Positions 11,974-39,842 of a DNA stretch of 64,000 nucleotides are shown here, one piece after another (position 1 is the first letter of the stretch; each line of letters starts with the position of its first letter). The translations under genes and the position numbers were made by a program. The notes below the pieces were generated by a model, which saw only the letters and a program-made list of their open reading frames with translations, searched no databases and was not told the DNA's origin. Origin of the DNA: the human T2T-CHM13v2.0 reference genome, Homo sapiens; assembly GCF_009914755.1 (NCBI RefSeq), contig NC_060931.1; one strand, written 5' to 3'.

Positions 11974-14900
11974 ATGAAGCCCACCTCAGGCCCAGAGGAG
12001 GCCCGGCGGCCAGCCTCGGACATCCGCGTGTTCGCCAGCAACTGCTCGATGCACGGGCTGGGCCACGTCTTCGGGCCAGGCAGCCTGAGCCTGCGCCGGG
12101 GGATGTGGGCAGCGGCCGTGGTCCTGTCAGTGGCCACCTTCCTCTACCAGGTGGCTGAGAGGGTGCGCTACTACAGGGAGTTCCACCACCAGACTGCCCT
12201 GGATGAGCGAGAAAGCCACCGGCTCATCTTCCCGGCTGTCACCCTGTGCAACATCAACCCACTGCGCCGCTCGCGCCTAACGCCCAACGACCTGCACTGG
12301 GCTGGGTCTGCGCTGCTGGGCCTGGATCCCGCAGAGCACGCCGCCTTCCTGCGCGCCCTGGGCCGGCCCCCTGCACCGCCCGGCTTCATGCCCAGTCCCA
12401 CCTTTGACATGGCGCAACTCTATGCCCGTGCTGGGCACTCCCTGGATGACATGCTGCTGGACTGTCGCTTCCGTGGCCAACCTTGTGGGCCTGAGAACTT
12501 CACCACGGTGAGCTGACCTCCCTACCTATCCTGCCAGGGACCCAGAGAGCCGACCAGTCCCTGCCCAGCACCCACAATTCCCTAGCCAGCACAGGCTCCC
12601 CCAAAGCCAGGGGACCTCTTCCTTCCTACCAGCCATGGACTCCCCACCCCCCAGTGCCACTCCGTGCAGCCCAGGAAGCTGTCCTCCTTGGGGCTTTCTC
12701 TGTCTCCCAGCCCGAGGGGAGCATGTGAGGCCACACTGACCCCGGCTGGCCCTAGGCCTGAGGTCTGGCCCAGGGAGGCCCTGCTCCTGGGGCTGGGGGT
12801 CCTCCATGGTGGGACCATTCTGGGGCAGAAGACCCCTATCTCTGCCAGGAGGTGGGGGGGGCTTGCTTTCCCTCTGCCTTTTCAACATACTGCCAGCCCC
12901 GGAGGACAGCCACAGGGGCCCATTTCCTTTTCCTGCAGTTCCCAGAGAAACACAGAAAAACCTGTAGGCTGTGCCCTGGGCTTTGGTGGGGATTGGCGGG
13001 GTGGAGGAGCTGAGTTGATGGGCTCCCAAGAGCGTCCTGCAACATGTGCCCACTGGAGCGTGGGGCTGGGGGCATTGAGATGCGGGCTTCAGTATTCAAA
13101 GAAGAGACGCAAACATACCATGAGGTGGGGAGAGGTCCCATGACCATGTGCCTGCCTGGGGGAGATGGCCATCACCCTGTCTGCCCGCCCCAGATCTTCA
13201 CCCGGATGGGAAAGTGCTACACATTTAACTCTGGCGCTGATGGGGCAGAGCTGCTCACCACTACTAGGGGTGGCATGGGCAATGGGCTGGACATCATGCT
13301 GGACGTGCAGCAGGAGGAATATCTACCTGTGTGGAGGGACAATGGTAGGGAGCACACAAATGAGGCTGGGGGAGGGCACGGATGGAGTGCAAAAGGCTAG
13401 GGGAAGGAGAGGAGGAGAGGAGGTGTCAGGGTGTTCCCCCAGAACCTGTGAAAGGGGCTGGGCTGGCTCATCCCAGTCCTGGGGAGAGGGGCTGCAGTGA
13501 GAGGTCTTGTCTGGTTGGGCAGGAGACCTGACCACACAGGTCAGGCCTCACAGGTCCCTCCCCGACAGAGGAGACCCCGTTTGAGGTGGGGATCCGAGTG
13601 CAGATCCACAGCCAGGAGGAGCCGCCCATCATCGATCAGCTGGGCTTGGGGGTGTCCCCGGGCTACCAGACCTTTGTTTCTTGCCAGCAGCAGCAGGTAC
13701 CCTTCCGTGTGCCTCCACACCTACTACTTCAAGCCCACACCACCTCGGACCCTAAACCCTCAGCTCCTCAGACCTGTCTAGGGGCCTCTCCCCAGCTGGC
13801 CTCTCACGCTCTCCGGGAAGCCTCCTTAACCCTGTCCCCCCACAGCTGAGCTTCCTGCCACCGCCCTGGGGCGATTGCAGTTCAGCATCTCTGAACCCCA
13901 ACTATGAGCCAGAGCCCTCTGATCCCCTAGGCTCCCCAAGCCCCAGCCCCAGCCCTCCCTATACCCTTATGGGGTGTCGCCTGGCCTGCGAAACCCGCTA
14001 CGTGGCTCGGAAGTGCGGCTGCCGAATGGTGTACATGCCAGGTGAGGGGCTGGGGTTTTCGTCCCATGGCGGGCAGGGCCCAGGGAGCTGAGGCTGCTTC
14101 TAAAGCCATCTCCCCGGTACCCGCAGGCGACGTGCCAGTGTGCAGCCCCCAGCAGTACAAGAACTGTGCCCACCCGGCCATAGGTAAGGGCGAGCCTCCC
14201 CCACCTCCCGTCCGCCCCGCTCCGCCCGCGGGCGTCTGACGCGGCCCGGTGGCCCGCAGATGCCATGCTTCGCAAGGACTCGTGCGCCTGCCCCAACCCG
14301 TGCGCCAGCACGCGCTACGCCAAGGAGCTCTCCATGGTGCGGATCCCGAGCCGCGCCGCCGCGCGCTTCCTGGCCCGGAAGCTCAACCGCAGCGAGGCCT
14401 ACATCGCGTGAGCTGCGCGGGGCGGGCGGGCTCCTCCGAGCCGGGGGCTCCCGACGGGGCGGAACGGGGCAGGCCAGGCCGTAGCCCTAGTGCGCACAGC
14501 CCGGGCGGAGGCAGCCTCCGCAGCCTCACTGGCTCTGGGGCTCCGTGCTGGTTGCTTAATCTTTCTGGCCCCGGGGGATGCTGACGCCTCCTCCCAGGGG
14601 TCTGTTTTTTTTTCCTTTCCTTTTATTTTTTAATCTTTACTTTTAAAAAACAGAGACGGCGGGGGGCGGGGGAGGGGAGGGGAGGGGACTCGCTGTATTG
14701 CCCAGGCTGGTCTCAAACTCCTGGCCTCAAGATCCTCCCTCCTCATCCTCCCAAAGTGCAGGGAGTACAGGTGTGAGCCACCGTGCCCGGCCTCTCCCAG
14801 GGTTCTTGAAAGGAGTGGGAGAACCCACAGCTGCTTCTTGCCAGCAGTGGGCACCAGGCGGTGGCCAGCCCACATTTGAGGCCATTCTTGTCCTCAGGGA

Positions 14901-15740
14901 GAACGTGCTGGCCCTGGACATCTTCTTTGAGGCCCTCAACTATGAGACCGTGGAGCAGAAGAAGGCCTATGAGATGTCAGAGCTGCTTGGTGTGTGTGCA
15001 GGGCCCCCAGGGCTGGGGGGGTGTGGGCAGGCAGGTGGCTGTAAGTTGAAGGGTGACCCTGTCTCCACAGGTGACATTGGGGGCCAGATGGGGCTGTTCA
15101 TCGGGGCCAGCCTGCTCACCATCCTCGAGATCCTAGACTACCTCTGTGAGGTGGGCCAGGGCCCCCACTGCAGGGGGTGGGAGGTGGGAATCAGGGCCCC
15201 TAGGATGAGGGGGAAGGTGTGCACTGGCCACCTCCCATCCTGCTTGCCTCCAGGTGTTCCGAGACAAGGTCCTGGGATATTTCTGGAACCGACAGCACTC
15301 CCAAAGGCACTCCAGCACCAATCTGGTAACAGCCCCTCTTCTGGAGCCCTTGCCTGCTCCAAGGGTGCTAGGGCCCACCCCTGAAGCCTAGACCACCATC
15401 CCGCCCCAGCTGAGGAGAAACAGGCAGGAGGGTGTGCAGTGACCTCGACTGGTCCCTGGGAGGAGGACCACTCCCCACCTCTGACCCTCTCGTCCTCACA
15501 CAGCTTCAGGAAGGGCTGGGCAGCCATCGAACCCAAGTTCCCCACCTCAGCCTGGGCCCCAGGTAACACATAATGGCCCCCTAAAATCAAGGGAGGGCAG
15601 GGGCAGGCTCAGGACAGTGGGTGTGCCCGTTCCCACCCCAGCACTCTGCTCTGTTCCGAAGACCTCCCACCCCTCCCTGTGCCGTCACCAAGACTCTCTC
15701 CGCCTCCCACCGCACCTGCTACCTTGTCACACAGCTCTAG
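11974..15740 (+). CDS. ASIC3: Acid-sensing ion channel 3 (DEG/ENaC family), 531 aa isoform
   Basis: Exons 11974-12507, 13194-13344, 13569-13696, 13846-14041, 14127-14183, 14260-14407, 14898-14989, 15071-15150, 15254-15325, 15504-15562, 15662-15740 sum to 1596 nt. Motifs: [23 protein letters not shown] selectivity filter, PDZ-type end VTQL*. Confidence 0.98.
14190..14530. promoter_or_regulatory. Intragenic CpG island over ASIC3 exon 6
   Basis: Abrupt CpG enrichment across intron 5, exon 6 and the start of intron 6 relative to the flanks. Confidence 0.6.
14625..14792 (-). mobile_element. Alu monomer (FLAM-like), antisense, with a G-run expansion inside
   Basis: TTGCCCAGGCTGGTCTCAAACTCCTGGCCTCAAG..GTGAGCCACCGTGCCCGGCC. 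Confidence 0.85.
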
Positions 15741-15822
15741 ACCTGCTGTCTGTGTCCTCGGAGCCCCGCCCTGACATCCTGGACATGCCTAGCCTGCACG
15801 TAGCTTTTCCGTCTTCACCCCA

Positions 15823-15828
15823 AATAAA
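15823..15828 (+). terminator. ASIC3: ASIC3 polyadenylation signal AATAAA
   Basis: Canonical hexamer 83 nt after the stop, followed by GU/U-rich TGTTTCTCTT. Confidence 0.8.
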
Positions 15829-16919
15829 GTCCTAATGCATCAGCCTCAGCTGTTTCTCTTACAGGGCAGAGACTAGCCAAGCCAAGGTCAGCCCAACTTA
15901 GGCATTGGAAGTCTTCTGCCAGCCATCATCCAGCTGGACGTGGCTTCTGAAATGTGGAGCTGGGCCCTTGAACCCCCATGAATCTCTAGGGGAGAATGGT
16001 AGCAAGAGGTTATCAGTCATTTGCACCTCAGTGTGAGTGAGTTTAGCCGACTGACATCTTAGAGAGAAGGGAGGACAGGTATCCTCCAAGCCCGGGTTAG
16101 GTGTGAGGTGCAGAATCACAGTCAGCAATAAAGGTATAACTGGAAGAAAACTCTGCCCAGAGCTCAGCAAGAAGAGGCAGGGAGAAGACGGGGTGACTCC
16201 ACTTTCAAGAACACCTGTGTCCTGCCTTACATCCTGACTCCTTTCCCACATTTGGGACCAAGTGCGGCACACAGCCTGTCTCCATACAAACAAGTTCTGC
16301 CTCCTCAGCCTCCCCACAAGAGCTAAAGGCCCCAGGCTTGAGACGGTGGGGGTGGGGGTGGGGGTAGGCGGAGCCCTCCCTTCCTCTTCCTGCCAGTAAG
16401 GACACACCAGGCCCCAGCCACAGGCCCAACTTCCCTCTCTTTCACTGGACCCCAAACATTGGGAAACTGACAAATAGGGAGTGGGAGGGGGTGTTCCTGA
16501 TGGAACCATATCTTTGGGGCTCTCCTGTGCCAGCCTGCAGGCCTTGGTATGGGGGGGATGATGAGGGAAAGGACAAGAGGATCCACCTGAGATATGGAGA
16601 ACCACAAGGAGAGGCCCAGCCCTTTCCTCTCCACCCTGGTGGGGAGCCCATCCTTGCTCCCCTCACTCTGAGGGACCACATCAGGCCCTCCTGGGCAGAG
16701 GAAGGGAGGGTGGGAGGAAGGGGTGTGCAGCGACAGTGCTGCCCTGCCCCAGGGGTGAGGGGTGAGGGTCATGGCCTCTTAAAGTAGAAGAGCAAGGTGC
16801 TGTCTTTGAGCCAGAAGCAGGATTGCGGCCGGCAGTAACAGACCAGAGACACCTCCAGCCCATGGGCCCTGTAGAGCCACTTGACCACCACATCAACCAG
16901 ACTGTGGGAAAGGAGCCAA

Positions 16920-16925
16920 TTTATG
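16920..16925 (-). terminator. CDK5: CDK5 variant polyadenylation signal CATAAA
   Basis: Variant hexamer about 170 nt after the stop, preceded by U-rich TTTATTTAATTT and followed by GU-rich sequence. Confidence 0.5.
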
Positions 16926-17096
16926 AAATTAAATAAAGTCCACAAAGGGAGTGAGAAATTCGGGCTCAGGCACCCCACCCTGGCTGGGCCCAGCACTGCT
17001 GGAGCACAGCGCACCAGGCACCCCCACTGTCTCACCCCTCTCAAGAGGGGGCTTAAATAGGCCAGGCCCCAGCCTGGAGGCCGGGGGTCCCGGGGC

Positions 17097-20936
<3,840 letters not shown>

Positions 20937-20939
20937 CGC

Positions 20940-21420
20940 GGCGGCCGCGGGGACCCCTGCGGGCCCTCGGTTTTAAGACTCTGGCCCCGGCGTTGCAGAG
21001 GAGGCGGCACCTGAGCCTCCAGCCCCGCCCCGTCTGCCCGCGCAGGGCCTTCTGGGGCTTGTAGTCCTAAAACGACTAGGTCTCCCCGCAATGCCCGAGA
21101 CCGAGGACAAGAAGACTACAACCCCCAGCCGTCTGCGCTCACGCTCTCTGCAGCACTCGACTCCAGGGCTCCGTTTCTACCGCGGAGGCAAACCTTGGAC
21201 TTCAAGTCCCAGGAAGCAACGCGTGTCCGTTTTCCGGGCGCCCCGCCGCGGCGCCGTGGTTCCCAGTGTGCCCCGCTGTTGTTATTCCTTTTATGTGCTC
21301 CCAGCCCTCTTGAAAAGGGCCGCTCCGGGACTACGCGTTCCAGAATGCAGCGGAAATGGGGGCGGAGCGCTCTCGGTTAGGGGTTTGGGGTTTGGCGGCC
21401 TAGATCCCGGGCACTGGCGG
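20940..21420. promoter_or_regulatory. CpG-island divergent promoter of CDK5 (-) facing SLC4A2 (+), with GC box and ZNF143/THAP11-type ACTACA..CCCAG motifs
   Basis: CpG dense; CCCCGCCCC at about 21023; motifs at 21041-21067(-), 21074-21097, 21114-21137, 21197-21221, 21328-21352. Confidence 0.75.
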
Positions 21421-22679
21421 CCCAGCGCTGACCTGGTTGGTGGCATTGTGTTCCCAACGGCCTCTTGACGACCTCAGCACGGGTTTCCACCTCTCCCCAA
21501 GCCACCTAGTGACCCCAGAATTGACTGGGGAATGCCTGTGAGCGATGATGACCTCACAGGGAACAGCTGACCGCAGGGCTGGGAGAACAGCTGTGCCCCT
21601 TCGAGGCTGGATTTTAGTGGAGGGACACACGCCAAAGACCCCCTCTCTGCTGAGCCCCGTTTGTTGTCTCGGAGCCCACCCGACTCTAGCCGCTGAACTC
21701 TGACATGCTGAGGAAAACTGGGTGGAGCCCTGGGGGTCCCCCTCAGACCCCAGTCTCCGGAACAGGGCCCACTGGAGTCAGCCAGGGTGTGGCAGGCAGG
21801 TTGGTTAACCCCCTCCACAGACAAGACCACAGACCGATGCTCAACTTGCAGCAGCCTCTGCCTCACCCCTTAAAGGAGCTGATTATAGATTCCCTTACGC
21901 TGCCTCTCTAATTGTCTCATGATTGCATTCTTGAGGGCTATGGACCGAGGGAAAAGGATCCCAAACAGCACTCCTCAGCACCGGAACCAGAGTTGCTGCT
22001 AAACACGTGTTAATTAACTCGTTTCTATCTGAATGCTTTTGCATACACAAGGGAAAAGAAGCAAAAAGTGTATTCCTTATCTGGAAGACTTTGTGATTTC
22101 GTTGGGCAAAAAAGAACTACACACAAAGGTCTTGAATGATAAGTGATGGCTCTGCCTAGGGTTCGGTTCAGTGTGGAGGTTCCATTCAAGAGGAAGGAGG
22201 CCAGCACAGCGAATCTCTGTCCCTCTCTGGAAGTGGAGAGCCTCTAACAAGTTACCCTCTCCCAGATCAGCTCAGGGTACCGGGCGGCCAGCCTCCAGCC
22301 CCTGTCACCCTTCTCACCCACTCGCCACCCGTCCCTCAGGGGCTTTCTTGGAGGCACGGGGGTTATTGAGGGGGGCAAGAGAATCTCAACCCCGATACGT
22401 TTATGTTTCGACTTCCCCGAATTTCCTTGTGCCTGCGTTTTGCTGCCTGGGATCCCTAGCGTGAGAAGGGCTCCTTTACACTCAGAGGTGCCGTAATGGA
22501 GCCAAGGGACGGCATCCTCGGGGCTCCCGAGCCCCGAGTGGAGAAGCTTGGGGCAGAGGGACGGCGGGGGCGGCCCCTGGTGCCGGGCTGTGCCTGGAAG
22601 CGCGCCCCCGCCCCGGCCCCCGCTCCCGCCTCCCCACCCGCGAAGGCGGGACCGCGCACGGTGCGCCGGGGGGCGCGCA

Positions 22680-22850
22680 CGCAGGGGGCTGGCCTGCCCG
22701 CGGCGCGGGGGAAAGTTGAGTTGGGAGAAGTTGGGAGCGGCGGGGGCGCGCCCCGGGGTGGGCACGGGGCAGTCGTCGGGAGCGCGCGAGTGCGCCGGAG
22801 GACGGGGAGAGACCCCGAGACCCCCGGGGCACGAAGTCCAGAGCGAGCGG
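22680..22850 (+). other. SLC4A2: Probable non-coding first exon of SLC4A2 AE2a within a CpG island (start approximate)
   Basis: GC/CpG-rich segment ending at donor CGG|GTAGGC (22850/22851). The next acceptor CCATCCAG|G is at 25013/25014, 63 nt before the ATG. Confidence 0.65.
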
Positions 22851-25076
22851 GTAGGCGGAGAGGTGGTGGCGGGGGACGGCCAGGGCCGCAGAGGGAGGAA
22901 GGGAGGGGGAAGGAGAGGGGGGAACTCGGGACTCGAGCGGGGAGGGAGTGGAAGTGGAGGAAAGGGCGGAGACTGGGGCGCGGGGAACCGCGGTCTTGGG
23001 GAGAAGGATGGGGAGGCGGATGGAGTGCTGGTCGGAAGCGGGCATTCCGGGGTCCCCTTCTCAGAGTTCCCTAAAGCCAGGGTGCCGCGCCCCCTGCCAC
23101 CAGGAGGGGGTAGTCTCCCCGAGGCGCCGCCGGCCCTCCCACTCCCCGGCTGGCTCCAGACCACCCCTCCCCTCCGGCCCCCCCGCATAGTCCTTCAGTC
23201 CCGTCCGGGGCGCCCAGACTGGGGGTTGCCCGGGGCCCCCATCCCCAATCTCCGGGTTGAGAGGCGAAGCCAGGAAAGGCGGGTGGCGGGTAAGGTCGGG
23301 ACAAGGGGTCAGACAGAAGAGGGAGCAGCTGGGTGGGAATGGGAAAGATGAGCCCGGAGAGTTGGACCTGACTCCCGGGGTCGGTTTGTCCAGGCGGGGA
23401 GTTCTGTGCTGGGTGTGAGAGGCGGCACTGCCTGAAACCCAGGGTCTACTTTATCCCCCTTCGTTTCCCCCGCCAGCCCCACATGGAAGAGCTGCGGAAT
23501 TTACGAGTTCACTTGGGGGGTGGTTAATGCCCAAGTGGGGGTCCGAGGTGCTAATCCCTTGGTCAAGGGGAGAGATACTAATCCTCTGGGCCGGTCGGGG
23601 CTGGTCCCGGGAATGTGCCCCTACCCGGATTATCGGCACCGATGCTCTGGACAGAAGCTGCTTTGTGTTCTGGGACAGCAGGGGAGGGGGTGCAGAGGAG
23701 TGTGGAGGAGCGCGACGAGGGCACAGCCTGAGGTGGGAGTGGGCGCCTGCAGGTGCTCTGGGCGGACTCTCCCCACACCCTTCCCAGACTGGGTGCACTC
23801 ACGCTCACCCACACCACCCGCCCTGGCTGAAGGCCTGCTGAGGGGGAGGGGAAGAGCGTGGTTAGCCAAGTTGGAGTGCTTGCCAAGAATGTGTTGCCAG
23901 GCTCCCCATCCTGGGTGACCCCCCCAGACCTATATTGTTTGACGCTACACTGACTTGTCTTACTCCTAAGTCAGGCACCCCCAGTCCCCAGCAACACACT
24001 GGGAGCATGGGTTGTTGGGTACCGTCACTTTTTGCCAGTCTTGGGTGCCCCCTGTGCTGACCCGCTAGGAATGCGCCCCCTATTTGCAGGGATTGGGCTC
24101 CCTCCTGCAGCTCCTTCTCTGCCCCCACCACACAGTGTCCTCCCCAGACTCCCTACAGTCACAGTCAGGAGGGTGGCAGCACTGCCACTCAGATTTTCCT
24201 GGCTCCAGGCTCTAGAGGGGCGGGATCCAGACTGCCCCTCAGAGGCAGAACCTCAAGGTTGCGGTGCCCACCCCCTCCCAGCCCATCACATGCCCCTCCC
24301 CCATTATAAAGCTCTGCCCAGCCCATGCCCACCTTCTGTGCCTTCCTCTCTCTCAGTGAGTGAGTGGAGTTGAGCTCCTGCCCTCCACCCAGCCAGCCTG
24401 CTTCCCTCCTGCCGGTCCCCAAGGACCTGGGGGAGGGAAGCCTCCTGCCGGCCTGTACTGGGGAGGGGGCACCCCCTCCCTGCAGGGGCATCTTGGGCTC
24501 TCTCCAGAGTTCTTCCATTCGTCTGCTTCCTGTCTCGGCAGCCCGGCCCCGGCTCCACGGGGTGTCTCACCCTCCCCACCACACCCTCTCTGGTCTCAGG
24601 CCCACCTCTGGTGGGTGCCCTGACCCTGCGAGGCTCCGTTGTCTGCCTGGGCCTTCACTCCCCTCTTTCCCCAGCTCATTATCACTCCCTCCCTCATCTT
24701 TGTTGCTTTCTCTCCGGGCCTGGGCCTTGACTCCTTTCTCCCTCATTTTTCTTGCGGCCTTTCCCACCTCCTCTCTCCTCCTCCCTCTACTCAGCCTCTC
24801 GGCCCTTTTCGGCCCCCCTGGCCTCAGTCCTCTCCTGTCTCCTTGTTCTTCTCTTTTCTTCCTATAAATAACTCTCCTCTGTGCTGTGGCTGCCGCTAAG
24901 GGCCACTCTGAGGCCCTTCATACTCCAGGAGGATCCCCAGCAGCGCAGCCTGCGCGTGGTGGCTCCTGCCCTCCCAGGGCTCTCGATGGTGATCAGGCCT
25001 CTCCCCCATCCAGGTTATGCCTCCGCCTCGTTGCCCTGAAAGCCGCAGCGACAGCGAAAAGGGCTAAGATTCGGCC

Positions 25077-39485
<14,409 letters not shown>

Positions 39486-39620
39486 CCGCCACCGAGGGAC
39501 AGCCGAGAGACCGATGGACGAGGGGACAGGCTGGTGGGATGGGGTTCCCCCTCCCATGCCCCTCCCTCCTTTTTATTTAAGTGAATAATTTAAAGTCTTC
39601 TCCTCCCCCACTGCCCCTGC

Positions 39621-39626
39621 AGTAAA
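39621..39626 (+). terminator. SLC4A2: SLC4A2 polyadenylation signal AGTAAA
   Basis: Variant hexamer 136 nt after the stop, followed by TTTTGTCTTTGT. Confidence 0.6.
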
Positions 39627-39756
39627 GTGCTTTGGCCCCCACCTATCTGTGGCCTTTTGTCTTTGTATGGGGGGCGGGGCATGAATGGAAGAGGCGGGGG
39701 ACTCAGCTCTGCTCCCCGTCCCAAAACTGAGATTCACAACGGGGAAGGAAAGGAAC

Positions 39757-39762
39757 TTTAAT
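39757..39762 (-). terminator. FASTK: FASTK polyadenylation signal ATTAAA
   Basis: Hexamer 81 nt after the stop on the minus strand. Confidence 0.7.
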
Positions 39763-39842
39763 GAGAAATCAAAACACAGGGAACCAAAGTGCAAATCATC
39801 CACCCCCCATGGGGGGGCCATCCTGAACCCCACATCATCCCC

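Noticed and set aside
15898-16901. Possible hidden gene between ASIC3 and CDK5 (235-aa minus ORF; acceptor-like TTCCCACAG at 16902)
   Set aside because: No convincing donor/acceptor chain or known motif; the acceptor-like site coincides with the expected CDK5 3' end. PhyloCSF or spliced reads would be needed.
22244-23351. Several 190-314 aa ORFs on both strands in the SLC4A2 promoter
   Set aside because: Stop-codon scarcity in a CpG island; Gly/Arg/Pro-rich with no homology I recognise.
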